A stretch of 64,000 bases of DNA from Hyalangium minutum (GTDB lineage: Bacteria; Myxococcota; Myxococcia; Myxococcales; Myxococcaceae): contig NZ_JMCB01000002.1 in assembly GCF_000737315.1 (NCBI RefSeq), positions 434,001-498,000 of the forward strand, in the 5' to 3' direction. The translations under genes were made by a program, and so were the position numbers. Positions 26,539-36,344 of this stretch are shown here, piece after piece (positions within the stretch are counted from its first letter, which is position 1; every line of letters starts with the position of its first letter). A model generated the notes under the pieces. That model was not told the DNA's origin, made no database searches, and saw only the letters and a list, made by a program, of their open reading frames with translations.

Positions 26539-27798
26539 CTACGTCGGAGTCTCGCTGAGCCGGGCGGCGTGCGTCAGGAGGTAGTTGCGCTCCGACAGGC
26601 TCGTGGTGCGCTCCGCGGCGCGCCGGTAGTGCGTGATGGCGCCTTCGAGGTCTCCGGCCCGCTCCAGCAGGTGCGCGCGCACCGCGTCCAGGCGGTGGTG
26701 GCCTTCGAGGCGGGGATCCTCTGAGAGCGCATCGAGCCGCTCGAGGCCCGCGGCTGGACCGTGCACCATCGCCGTGGCGATGGCGCAGTTGAGCGTCACC
26801 ATCGGGTTGTCGGACATGCGCTGCAGCACTTCGTACAGCGCGAGGATCTCCGCCCAGTCCGTGGCCTCGGTGCTGGGCGCCTCGTCGTGCACGGCGGCGA
26901 TGGCGGCCTGCAGTTGATAGGGGCCGACGGCGCCCCGTGACAGCGCGGTGGTGACGAGCGCCACGCCCTCGGCAATGGCACTGCGGTCCCAGAGGCTCCG
27001 GTCCTGCTCGTCAAGCGGGATGAGCTCGCCGGAGGGGCCGGTTCGCGCGGCACGCCGGGCGTCGGTGAGGAGCATGATCGCGAGGAGCCCCTCGATTTCG
27101 GCATCGCCGGGGACGAGGCGGTGGAGCATGCGCGTGAGGCGGATGGCCTCGTTGGAGAGATCGCTGCGGTGGAGCTCGGGGCCCGATGAGGCGGTGTAGC
27201 CCTCGTTGAAGATGAGATACAGCACGTGCATCACGGCGCCGAGGCGTGCGGTGCGCTCCTCGGGGGTGGGCTGCTGGAAGGGGACGCCGGAGGACTTGAT
27301 GGTCTGCTTGGCGCGGCTGATTCGCTGCGCCAGGGTGGCCTCGGGCACGAGGAAGGCCTTGGCGATCTCGAAGGTCGTCAGGCCGCCGACGGCGCGAAGC
27401 GTGAGGGCGATGGCGGAGGAGGGCGAGAGCGTGGGGTGGCAGCACATGAAGAGCAGGTCGAGGGTGTCATCGCGCTCGGTGGCGCCGGCCTCATCGGCGG
27501 CGAGGGCGAGCTGTTCCTCGGGAGGCACGAGGCTGACCACGAGCTGCTCGCGGTGTCGGCGGGCGGCCTCGGCGCGGACCTGATCGGTGATGCGGCGGGA
27601 GGCGACCTGGATGAGCCATGCGCGCGGATTGTCGGGGAGGCCCTCGCGCGGCCACTGGGTGGTGGCGGCGATGAGGGCCTCCTGGACCGCGTCTTCCGAA
27701 GCGGCGAAGTCGCGGAACCGGCGGATGACGGCGCCCAGCACCTGCGGCGCGAGGTCGCGCAACAGGTGCAGGGTGCGGGTGTCCAGGGAGGGGTTCAT
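26539..27798 (-). CDS. ECF sigma factor with C-terminal TPR/DUF6596 extension (ECF42 type)
   Basis: Sigma regions 2 and 4 (EDAVQEA, LFMCCHP, LTLRAVGGL), LYLIFNEGY, QDRSLWD, YQLQAAIAA; overlaps the upstream DGPF gene. Confidence 0.88.
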   Translation of the reverse strand: MNPSLDTRTLHLLRDLAPQVLGAVIRRFRDFAASEDAVQEALIAATTQWPREGLPDNPRAWLIQVASRRITDQVRAEAARRHREQLVVSLVPPEEQLALAADEAGATERDDTLDLLFMCCHPTLSPSSAIALTLRAVGGLTTFEIAKAFLVPEATLAQRISRAKQTIKSSGVPFQQPTPEERTARLGAVMHVLYLIFNEGYTASSGPELHRSDLSNEAIRLTRMLHRLVPGDAEIEGLLAIMLLTDARRAARTGPSGELIPLDEQDRSLWDRSAIAEGVALVTTALSRGAVGPYQLQAAIAAVHDEAPSTEATDWAEILALYEVLQRMSDNPMVTLNCAIATAMVHGPAAGLERLDALSEDPRLEGHHRLDAVRAHLLERAGDLEGAITHYRRAAERTTSLSERNYLLTHAARLSETPT

Positions 27799-28193
27799 CC
27801 GATCAGGTCTTTGGGCGGGCCGCTCGGGACGAGGCGCACTTCGATGGACATGTTGAGGGGCTCACCGCCGGGGCCGGGGGCGGCAGAGGCCTCGGCGGCG
27901 ATGGCGTAGGCGCGCTCGGGGGAGTCGACGTCGATGATCCAGAAGCCGGCGAGGAACTCCTTGGACTCGGGGAAGACGCCGTCGGTGATGGGCTTGCCGT
28001 CCTTGCCGGCGCGCACGCGCTTGGCCTGCTCGGGGCCGGAGAGGCCCTCGCCGGCAACGAGCTCGCCCGACTCGGTGAGCTTCTTGGAGAACTGCATCAT
28101 GAAGGCGATATGGGCCTGGAGGTCCTTCTTGGGCCAGCTGGCGATCTGGTACGGCCCATTGCCAGGGTGGTTCATCATCAGCATGTACTTCAT
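27795..28193 (-). CDS. YciI/DGPF family protein
   Basis: MKYMLM start; ITDGVFPESKEFLAGFWII; IEVR. Confidence 0.88.
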   Translation of the reverse strand: MKYMLMMNHPGNGPYQIASWPKKDLQAHIAFMMQFSKKLTESGELVAGEGLSGPEQAKRVRAGKDGKPITDGVFPESKEFLAGFWIIDVDSPERAYAIAAEASAAPGPGGEPLNMSIEVRLVPSGPPKDLIG

Positions 28194-28246
28194 GGGTGGC
28201 TCCTTATTGACGGGCGCTCCAGCGTGGAGCGTGCGTTCACCGAGGA

Positions 28247-28295
28247 GTCGGAGCCCAAAAGCGGTTCTCGACATCGGCGACGCGCTCTTTCGACA
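28247..28295 (-). promoter_or_regulatory. Candidate ECF42 autoregulatory promoter
   Basis: Minus strand carries TGTCGA twice (28295-28290 and 28273-28268); the proximal one is followed by 17 nt and CGAC. This matches my recollection of the ECF42 -35 TGTCGA / -10 CG(A/T)C motif. Confidence 0.5.
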
Positions 28296-28388
28296 TTTTT
28301 TCCGAGCTCGCGCAAGTGCCTGGAATGATTGATGTTGGCGGCGGGGCAGGGCTCCTCATCGGAGGTTGAGGCTGATAAATTCGCTCAA

Positions 28389-28817
28389 ATGCCGAGGCTT
28401 ATCGCCCTCCTACCATTGTTGGTGCTCACGGGCTGGGGATGTGCGGTCAAGCCCGGTGTTCGTGGAGGAACGCTCTACCAAACAGCACCGGCTTCTGGCC
28501 CAGCCACACCACTGCCAACTGAGGGACATACGAGGGGGTTCTCGTTCTGCGAACTCAATCCAGATATTTGTCTGGACCCTTTACCTGCTCCGGAGCCAGG
28601 CGAGGCCGAAGTTACTGCGGACCCTTGGAAGTCCTTGGCGTGCATTCAGGCGTGCCAAGCCGGGAGTGAGGCGATGGAGACCTTCTGCGCGAGACTTCCG
28701 GGAAGGACGAAGCGTCAGCAGAAGATCAAGGCCATGTGCTTTGGCTCATGCTACGCGGGGAAGGCCGCATGCATCGTGTTCTGCCGGGCCACCTTTGGTC
28801 CTCCGAGGGAACCATGA
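28389..28817 (+). CDS. Small exported Cys-rich protein (putative lipoprotein)
   Basis: Hydrophobic signal ending GWGC; C-terminal CxxxC...C...CxxxC...CxxxC; ATGA overlap with the next gene. Confidence 0.55.
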   Translation: MPRLIALLPLLVLTGWGCAVKPGVRGGTLYQTAPASGPATPLPTEGHTRGFSFCELNPDICLDPLPAPEPGEAEVTADPWKSLACIQACQAGSEAMETFCARLPGRTKRQQKIKAMCFGSCYAGKAACIVFCRATFGPPREP

Positions 28818-29203
28818 AGTCGCGATCCGTGCCGCAGGACGAGGCTTGGCGCCCGAAGCTGAGCCGGATTGAGGACCCGATCGCGGAGGATTGCTGGGAG
28901 TACGTCACTCCCAAGGGGCAGAAGCGCTTCTCTCGGCTCATGGTGGGGCGGCCAGTGCACTACCCCGAGCATCAGCTCTGGTACTGCCCGGTCCTGATCG
29001 AGGGCTACACCCAGCCTCGGATCAAGCCGATCTTCGGCATGGGGCCTGTGGATTCGCTGATGAATGCGATGACCTTCGTCCGCACGTTCTTCGAGGAGAA
29101 CTCCGAGGTTCTGCCTGGAGCGAAACCAGCGGGTACTCAGCGGTCTCGCCCGGCCGCTTCTCGCAAGAGATCCACGCCTCGCCGAAAGTCCCGGTCCGTG
29201 TAG
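28814..29203 (+). CDS. DUF6968-like protein
   Basis: IAE..W...LMVGRP...WYCPVLIEG...IFGMGPVDSLMNAM pattern; coupled to the upstream gene. Confidence 0.6.
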   Translation: MKSRSVPQDEAWRPKLSRIEDPIAEDCWEYVTPKGQKRFSRLMVGRPVHYPEHQLWYCPVLIEGYTQPRIKPIFGMGPVDSLMNAMTFVRTFFEENSEVLPGAKPAGTQRSRPAASRKRSTPRRKSRSV

Positions 29204-29301
29204 GTCCCCAAGGCAGCTTCATGCCCTGCTAGGGGATCCAACAGGTAGGCGTGGCGCGCATTGACGGCGTGCTGTACCTGTGTTCAGGCTACGGGTGCGC
29301 C

Positions 29302-32300
29302 ATGGCTCCGCAGATCTCCATTGATTTCCACGCCGCTCAGGCGGCTCACCCCTCGTTGATGCCCTTCCATCCGGTGGTGCGCCGGTGGTTCGCGGAGCGG
29401 CTGGGCGAGCCCTCGCAGCCCCAGGTCGAGGGCTGGCCGCTCATTCAAGCGGGGCATGACGTCCTCATCGCCGCCCCCACCGGCAGCGGTAAGACGCTGA
29501 CCGCCTTCCTGGCCGCACTCGATGGGTTGTTCCGCCAGGCGCTCGAAGGCACGCTCCGGGACCAGACGCAGGTGCTGTACGTGTCGCCCCTCAAGGCCCT
29601 GGGCAACGACGTGCAGAAGAACCTCCTGCAGCCGCTCGAGGAGCTGCTCACCCGGGCCCGTGCCGAGGGCTACTCGCCCCAGGACCTGCGCGTCCAGGTG
29701 CGCACCGGTGACACCTCCGCCTCCGAGCGCGCGCAGATGATCAAGCGCCCGCCGCACATCCTCATCACCACGCCGGAGTCGCTCTACCTCTACCTCACCG
29801 CCGATCGCGCCCGCGCCACCCTGCGCGCCGTCCACACCGTCATCGTGGACGAGATCCACGCCCTCGCCCGCGACAAGCGCGGCAGCCACTTCACGCTCTC
29901 CCTGGAGCGGCTCAAGGTCCTCACCGAGGTGCGCCCTCAGCTCATCGGCCTGTCCGCTACCCAGAAGCCGCTGGACCGGATCGCTGGCTTCCTCACCGGC
30001 GCCACCCTCCAAGAGTGCAAGCGCGTCGAAGTGGGCCACGTGCGTCCCTGGGACCTCACCGTCGAGATTCCCGACGCAGAGCTGAGCTCCATCGCCTCGC
30101 ACGAGATGTGGGGCCAGATCTACGACCGATTGGTGCAGCTGACCTCGGAGCACCGCACCACGCTCATCTTCGTCAACACGCGCAAGATGGCCGAGCGCGT
30201 GGCGCATGACCTCGGCGAGCGCCTGGGCAAGCACAAGGTCGCGGCCCACCACGGCAGCATGTCGCGAGAGATTCGCCTCTCCGCCGAGGAGCGGCTCAAG
30301 AGCGGCCAGCTCGTGGCGATGGTGGCCACCGCCTCGCTGGAGCTCGGCATCGACGTGGGCAACGTGGACCTCGTGGTCCAGTTGGGCACCACGAAGGCCA
30401 TCTCCGTGCTGCTCCAGCGCGTGGGCCGCGCCGGCCACTATAAAGGTGGCATCTCCAAGGGCCTCCTCTTCGCGATGACCCGCGACGAGCTGGTCGAGTG
30501 CGTCGCGCTGCTCAACGCCGTGCGCGAGGGCGAGCTGGACGCGGTGCGCATCCCCGAGAAGCCCATGGATGTGCTCGCGCAGCAGATCGTCGCCGCCTGC
30601 GCCTGCGAGGAGTGGGACGAGCGTGCCCTGTTCTCCGTCTTCCAGCGCGCCTACCCGTACCGGGACCTCACGTGGGAGGAGTACCAGTCCGTAGTGGAGA
30701 CGCTCTCGGAGGGCATCTCCCTGCGCCGGGGCCGCAGCGGCGTGCACCTGCACCGCGACCGGGTGAACCACAAGCTGAAGGGACGCCGCGGCGTGCGCAT
30801 CACCGCGCTGACCAATGGCGGTGCCATCCCCGACACCTTCTCCTTCTCCGTCACCGCCGAGCCCGAGGGAAAGATTGTCGGCCAGCTCGACGAGGACTTC
30901 GCGGTGGAGTCCTCCCCCGGCGACATCTTCCTGCTGGGCTCCACGGCGTGGCGCATCCAGCGCGTGACGGGCAGCACCGTGCAGGTGGAGGACGCGAAGG
31001 GCGCTCCCCCCACGGTGCCCTTCTGGCGCGGCGAGGCCCCTGGCCGCACCGACGAGCTGTCCCTCCAGGTGGGCCGCCTGCGCGAGGAGTTGCTGCGGCA
31101 CGATGACCCCGCAGCCTTCCTCCAGAAGCAGCTGCAGGTGCCCGCCCCCGCGACGGACGCGCTGCTGGGCTACCTGCGCCTGGGACAGAAGATGCTAGGC
31201 GGCGTGATTCCCAGCCACACCACCGTGGTGGCCGAGCGCTTCTTCGACGAGGCGGGCGGCATGCAGCTCATCATCCACGCGCCCTTCGGTAGCCGCATCA
31301 ACCGCGCGTGGGGCCTGGCCCTGCGCAAGCGCTTCTGCCGCTCCTTCGACTTCGAGCTGCAGGCCGCTGCCACCGAGGACGGTCTCCTGCTCTCCCTGGG
31401 CGAGCAGCACTCCTTCCCGCTGGGCGACATCTTCGAGTTCCTCCACCCGGACAACGTGGAGGAGGTGCTGGTGCAGGCCGTGCTCCAGGCCCCCATCTTT
31501 GGCACCCGCTTCCGGTGGAATGCGACGCGCTCGCTGGCGCTCAACCGCTTCTCCGGCGGCAAGCGCGTGGCCCCCAACCTCCAGCGCGCCCGGAGTGAGG
31601 ACCTGCTGGCCGCCGTCTTCCCCGCGCAGGTGGGCTGCCAGGACAACCACGGCGGTGGCGACATCGAGCTGCCGGGCCATCCGCTGGTGAAGCAGACAAT
31701 GGAGGACTGTCTGCGCGAGGCCATGGACATCGACGGCCTGCGCGAGGTGCTCCGCCGCATCAAGGATGGGCGCATCCGCCTGGAGGCCCGTGATGTGCCG
31801 GAGCCCAGCGTCTTCGCCCACCAGATGATCAACAGCATGCCGTACACCTTCCTGGACGACGCGCCAGCGGAGGAGCGGCGGGTGCGCAATGTGGCGCTGC
31901 GCCGGGCCATGCCCGCCGAGGATGCGGCGGCCTTCGGGGCGCTCGACGCCGGAGCCATCGCCCAGGTGGTGGAGGACGCGGCGCCCCCCATGCGCGACGC
32001 GGACGAGCTGCACGATGCGCTGCTGCAGTTGGTGCTGCTGCGGTCCTCGGAAGTGCCTCGGGGGCTGGATGCGCCGCTCTTCGCGCAGGGCCGTGTGGCG
32101 TGGCTGGAGCTTCCGGGCGGACGCTTCCTGGTCCCCGCCGAGCGTGGCACTGCCGTCCGGGCGCTTTTCCCCGAGGTGGCGACTCAGCCGGAGCTGCCGC
32201 TGCTGGAGGGCGACAAGCCCATGGAGCGGGACGCGGCGGTGCTCCAGGTGGTGCGCGGGTATATGGAGATGCTCGGGCCCACCACCGCGGGCGAGCTCGC

Positions 32301-33630
32301 GCGGCTGACGCTGCTGGACGAGGGGGAGATCAACATCGCCCTGCACGCCCTCGAGAGCACGGGCGGTATCCTGCGCGGCCAGTTCCGCGCGCCCACCGAG
32401 CCTCGTGCCCCGGGCGAGCCCGTGCCCCTGGAGTGGTGCGATCGGCGCCTGCTCCAGCGCATCCACCGGCTCACCGTGGGCCGGCTGCGCAAGGAGATCG
32501 AGCCGCTCAGCGCACAGGACTTCATGCGCTTCCTCTTCCGGTGGCACCACCTGGAGGAGGTGGACGCACTGCGAGGCTCCACCGGCCTGCTCAAGGCCAT
32601 CACCCTGCTGCAGGGCTATGAGGCGCCCGCCTCGGCGTGGGAGCGCTTCCTGCTGCCCTCGCGCATGAAGGGCTACACGGGCGAGCTGTTGGAGCGCGCC
32701 TGCTACGCCGGTGAGGTCGCCTGGGGACGGCTGACGGTGAAGGACGCGCGTCCGCCGCCGGGGCCTCGCCGGGGCGCTCCCGTGGAGCCGGAGGCCCCGC
32801 GTCCCCGTGCGCCTCAGCCCACGCGCAACGCGAGCCTCACCTTCACCCGCCGAGAGAACCTCGACTGGATGCTGGCTGCCGCCCGGCCGGACGCGGTGTT
32901 CTCGGACGGGGGCGTGTGGCTGCCGCCGGACCTGTCCGCCGCCGCGAGGGACGTGGTGAACGTGCTGGAGCAGCGCGGGGCGTGCTTCTTCAATGATCTC
33001 GCGTCTCGCGCCCGCCGGCTGCCCGCCGAGGTGGAGGATGCGCTCTGGGAGCTGGTGGCTCGGGGGCTCGTCACCGCGGACGCGGTGCAGAACCTGCGGG
33101 TGCTTCAGAGTCCGGCCCAGCGCCGCCGCCAGAAGCTGCTGCAGCGCGGCGGTCCGGGGCGCTGGAGCCTGCTGGTTCCCTCCGAGCCGAAGCCTGCCGA
33201 CGAGGTGCTCGAGCAGCGCGCGCGCCTGTTCCTCCAGCGCTACGGCATCATCTGGAGAGACCTGGCGATGCGCGAGGCACTGGCGCCCAGCTGGCGCGAG
33301 CTGCTGTTCATCTACCGCCGCATGGAGGCGCGCGGAGAGGTGCGCGGCGGGCGCTTCGTCTCGGGCTTCGTGGGCGAGCAGTTCGCGCTCCCCGAGGCGG
33401 TGGACATGGCGCGGGCGGTGCGGCGCCAGGCGCCCTCGGGTGTGCGGGTGCAGTTGTCGGCGGTGGATCCGCTCAACCTCACGGGCGTGGTGACGCCAGG
33501 GCCGCGCGTGCCCGCCACGGTGGGAAACGTTGTCACCTGGATAGATGGCATTCCCCAGGGCGTCGACGCGCTCGCCGAGGACGAGGACGAGGGGCCCGAG
33601 GCTCCCGAGGGCGAAGCGGCCGCGAGCTGA
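29302..33630 (+). CDS. lhr: Lhr-family SF2 helicase, long form with C-terminal winged-helix/AlkZ-like domain
   Basis: APTGSGKT, YVSPLKAL, TTPESL, DEIH, SAT, HHGS, ATASLELGID, QRVGRAGH; C-terminal RGGRFV...EQFALP and SAVDPLNL. Confidence 0.92.
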   Translation: MAPQISIDFHAAQAAHPSLMPFHPVVRRWFAERLGEPSQPQVEGWPLIQAGHDVLIAAPTGSGKTLTAFLAALDGLFRQALEGTLRDQTQVLYVSPLKALGNDVQKNLLQPLEELLTRARAEGYSPQDLRVQVRTGDTSASERAQMIKRPPHILITTPESLYLYLTADRARATLRAVHTVIVDEIHALARDKRGSHFTLSLERLKVLTEVRPQLIGLSATQKPLDRIAGFLTGATLQECKRVEVGHVRPWDLTVEIPDAELSSIASHEMWGQIYDRLVQLTSEHRTTLIFVNTRKMAERVAHDLGERLGKHKVAAHHGSMSREIRLSAEERLKSGQLVAMVATASLELGIDVGNVDLVVQLGTTKAISVLLQRVGRAGHYKGGISKGLLFAMTRDELVECVALLNAVREGELDAVRIPEKPMDVLAQQIVAACACEEWDERALFSVFQRAYPYRDLTWEEYQSVVETLSEGISLRRGRSGVHLHRDRVNHKLKGRRGVRITALTNGGAIPDTFSFSVTAEPEGKIVGQLDEDFAVESSPGDIFLLGSTAWRIQRVTGSTVQVEDAKGAPPTVPFWRGEAPGRTDELSLQVGRLREELLRHDDPAAFLQKQLQVPAPATDALLGYLRLGQKMLGGVIPSHTTVVAERFFDEAGGMQLIIHAPFGSRINRAWGLALRKRFCRSFDFELQAAATEDGLLLSLGEQHSFPLGDIFEFLHPDNVEEVLVQAVLQAPIFGTRFRWNATRSLALNRFSGGKRVAPNLQRARSEDLLAAVFPAQVGCQDNHGGGDIELPGHPLVKQTMEDCLREAMDIDGLREVLRRIKDGRIRLEARDVPEPSVFAHQMINSMPYTFLDDAPAEERRVRNVALRRAMPAEDAAAFGALDAGAIAQVVEDAAPPMRDADELHDALLQLVLLRSSEVPRGLDAPLFAQGRVAWLELPGGRFLVPAERGTAVRALFPEVATQPELPLLEGDKPMERDAAVLQVVRGYMEMLGPTTAGELARLTLLDEGEINIALHALESTGGILRGQFRAPTEPRAPGEPVPLEWCDRRLLQRIHRLTVGRLRKEIEPLSAQDFMRFLFRWHHLEEVDALRGSTGLLKAITLLQGYEAPASAWERFLLPSRMKGYTGELLERACYAGEVAWGRLTVKDARPPPGPRRGAPVEPEAPRPRAPQPTRNASLTFTRRENLDWMLAAARPDAVFSDGGVWLPPDLSAAARDVVNVLEQRGACFFNDLASRARRLPAEVEDALWELVARGLVTADAVQNLRVLQSPAQRRRQKLLQRGGPGRWSLLVPSEPKPADEVLEQRARLFLQRYGIIWRDLAMREALAPSWRELLFIYRRMEARGEVRGGRFVSGFVGEQFALPEAVDMARAVRRQAPSGVRVQLSAVDPLNLTGVVTPGPRVPATVGNVVTWIDGIPQGVDALAEDEDEGPEAPEGEAAAS

Positions 33631-33702
33631 GCGAGGCGGGAAGAGGGCGCGCGGCGCCTCCAGGGCTGCTAGGGTGTCCCCGTCACAGCGAGGGGAACGC
33701 CG

Positions 33703-36258
33703 ATGCGCCGTCTGCTCATCCTGGGGTTGTTGTTACTCACGGGCTGTCCTGAAGACACGGGCGAAGAGCCGCTTCCGACCGACGAGGGTCGCGTCCAGGG
33801 CAAGCTGACTCCATTCCTGGGCTCCAGCTCCGTGGGCTCCACGGCGTCGCGCCCGGCCCTGCTCCAAGGCCAAGGGGCCGCCGAGCTCTCCCGAGCTCTC
33901 CAGCGTGCACGCGCGCAGCAGCAGCGGCTGAAGCAGCAGAAGGCCTCGCTGGATGTCTCGCAGCCGGACTTCCCGGTCATCCCGACGCCTCCGGGGCCTC
34001 CGCCGCTCAAGCGGCTGCCTGCGGGGGATCCCACCATCATCGGTGACGTCATCGTCCGCTTCGAGCAGGCGGGGGTGAGCGCGCAGCGGGCCCTGGAGCA
34101 GGTCCAGGTGCCCGGCTACCGAGTGACGCACAAGGGCTACTCCAGCGAGTACCTGCACCTGGTGGGCTTCGAGGCGCTCGATGGCCACGCGCTCACGGTG
34201 GAGGAGACGGGCCAGCTGGTGTCGCAGCTGGCGCAGGTGCCCGGCGTGCGCTTCACCGAGAAGAACCTGCGCATGTACCCGTTCCGCACGCCGAACGACA
34301 AGGTGTACTCGCTGCAGTGGCATTACTCGGCGCTGAACCTCCCGGCCGCCTGGGACGTGAGCACGGGCGGCAGCACCGTGACGGTGGCCGTGCTCGACAC
34401 GGGCATCGTCTCCCACCCGGACCTCACCCCGCGCATCGTCGCGGGCTACGACATGGTCAGCGACGTGTCCAACGCGGGGGATGGGAACGGCCGTGACTCG
34501 GATCCCACCGACATGGGCGGCGACGAGCCGGGGGGTGGCTCCTCGTGGCACGGCTCGCACGTGGCGGGCACCATCGGCGCGGCCACGGACAACACCAGCG
34601 GCGTGGCGGGCGTTACTTGGACGGCGCGCATCATGCCGGTGCGCGTGCTGGGCAAGCAGGGTGGAACCAGCGCGGACATCGCCGCTGCCATGACGTGGGC
34701 CACGGGCGGCAGCGTGCCGGGCTTGCCGGCCAACCCCACGCCCGCCAAGGTCGTCAACATGAGCCTCGGCGGCGCCTCGGCTCCGTCGCGGACGTACCAG
34801 GATGTCATCGACGCGCGCGTGCCGGCCGGGGCCATCTTCGTCATCGCCGCGGGCAACGAGAACACGGACGCGGCCAACTCCACGCCGTGCAACCAGCAGA
34901 ACGTCATCTGCGTGGGCTCGACGAACTTCGCGGGCAAGCGCAGCAGCTTCTCCAACTACGGCGCGCCGGTGGATGTGATGGCGGCGGGCGGCGAGATGCG
35001 CGAGGACCTCAACGGCGACGGGTACGCGGACGGCGTGCTCTCCACCGCGCTGGATGACAACAAGCAGCCGGCCTACGTCTTCAACCAGGGCACCAGCATG
35101 GCCACGCCGCACGTGTCGGGTGTGGTGGCGCTGATGGCCGCCGTGAGCGCTGACCAGGGCCAGAACCTGACGATGGCGCAGGCGGAGAACATCTTGAAGG
35201 CCACGGCCAGCCCCAGCAGCCAGTGCTCCCAGGGCTGTGGCGCGGGCCTGGTGAACGCGCAGGCGGCGCTCAAGGCGCTGAGTGGCAACCCCAACGACCC
35301 GCCGAAGCTGGGCGTCACCACCTCGCTGCTGTCCTTCCGCAACGGTGGCACGCAGCAGGTGCTCCTCTCCAACCTGGGCGGAGGTTCTCTGAAGGTGACG
35401 CTGGCGAAGTCGGGGACTCAGGCCTCCGCGGTGACGCTCTCTACCACCACCGTGACCATCCCTGCCTTCCGCACCCAAACGCTGGACGTGGGCGTGAACA
35501 CGGGGGGGCTCGCCAACGGGGACTACTCGGCGACGCTCACCCTCACGGGGACGGATGCGAACTCGAACGCGGCCGTGGGCACGGCGACGGTGGCGGTGAA
35601 GATCCGCGTGGGCCTGGCGGAGGATCAGGACGCGTTCATCGCGTTCGCGTACCAGAACTCGCTCGGCGAGTGGAAGGTGGACGACAATGCGGTCGCGGTC
35701 GTCGAGGCGTCGACGGGCTACCAGTACAGCATCAAGTTGTCGGCGAGGACGTACTACACGCTCGCGACGATCGACGACGACAACGACGGCGAGTTCTTCG
35801 AGGACGGCGAGCGCACGGGCTTCTGGCGGAACGTGGACGACTTCGAGCCCATCCCGCTGGCGGCGCAGCAGACGATCACGGGCATCAGCTATGACTTGGT
35901 GCCGCTGGCCCCCATCGACGACTCGCCCGCGCTGGTGGTGGGCAGCCCCTGCACGAGCAACGCGGACTGCCCGGATGGCGGCCGGTGCGTGCTGAGCTAC
36001 CCCGGCGGCTACTGCACGCGCGACTGCAACACGCAGTCCTGCCCCGCGGGCTCCAAGTGCTACGTCGTGGACCAGGCCTCCGACGCCCGGGTCTGCATCC
36101 AGAGTTGCTCGGGGCCGAGCCTGGGACAGAGCAACTGCCGCACCAGCTACGTCTGCTACGACGATTCGGCGGGGGGCGGACAGTGCCTGCCGAACTGCAA
36201 CGCCTACAACATCTGCGGCTCCACCCCCGCGTGCCGGGCCAACGGCTACTGCCAGTAG
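33703..36258 (+). CDS. Subtilisin (S8) lipoprotein protease with a Cys-rich C-terminal region
   Basis: Lipobox LTGC; catalytic triad motifs VLDTG, HGSHVAG, GTSMATPHV; GGYCTRDC-type Cys repeats. TGCTAGGGT (extended -10-like) at 33667-33675. Confidence 0.92.
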   Translation: MRRLLILGLLLLTGCPEDTGEEPLPTDEGRVQGKLTPFLGSSSVGSTASRPALLQGQGAAELSRALQRARAQQQRLKQQKASLDVSQPDFPVIPTPPGPPPLKRLPAGDPTIIGDVIVRFEQAGVSAQRALEQVQVPGYRVTHKGYSSEYLHLVGFEALDGHALTVEETGQLVSQLAQVPGVRFTEKNLRMYPFRTPNDKVYSLQWHYSALNLPAAWDVSTGGSTVTVAVLDTGIVSHPDLTPRIVAGYDMVSDVSNAGDGNGRDSDPTDMGGDEPGGGSSWHGSHVAGTIGAATDNTSGVAGVTWTARIMPVRVLGKQGGTSADIAAAMTWATGGSVPGLPANPTPAKVVNMSLGGASAPSRTYQDVIDARVPAGAIFVIAAGNENTDAANSTPCNQQNVICVGSTNFAGKRSSFSNYGAPVDVMAAGGEMREDLNGDGYADGVLSTALDDNKQPAYVFNQGTSMATPHVSGVVALMAAVSADQGQNLTMAQAENILKATASPSSQCSQGCGAGLVNAQAALKALSGNPNDPPKLGVTTSLLSFRNGGTQQVLLSNLGGGSLKVTLAKSGTQASAVTLSTTTVTIPAFRTQTLDVGVNTGGLANGDYSATLTLTGTDANSNAAVGTATVAVKIRVGLAEDQDAFIAFAYQNSLGEWKVDDNAVAVVEASTGYQYSIKLSARTYYTLATIDDDNDGEFFEDGERTGFWRNVDDFEPIPLAAQQTITGISYDLVPLAPIDDSPALVVGSPCTSNADCPDGGRCVLSYPGGYCTRDCNTQSCPAGSKCYVVDQASDARVCIQSCSGPSLGQSNCRTSYVCYDDSAGGGQCLPNCNAYNICGSTPACRANGYCQ

Positions 36259-36344
36259 CGGCACGCTGAGGGAGCAGGGCAGGGGCGTCGGGTGTTTCAC
36301 CCGGCGCCCCTTGCCGTTTCAGGGCCTGAAGTGGGGGAGGCGGC

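Noticed and set aside
33733-36300. 855-aa minus-strand ORF (likewise 3119-4657, 39487-41457, 42202-43629, 46817-48565)
   Set aside because: Antisense shadows of well-supported plus-strand genes, with Arg/Gly/His-rich nonsense composition.
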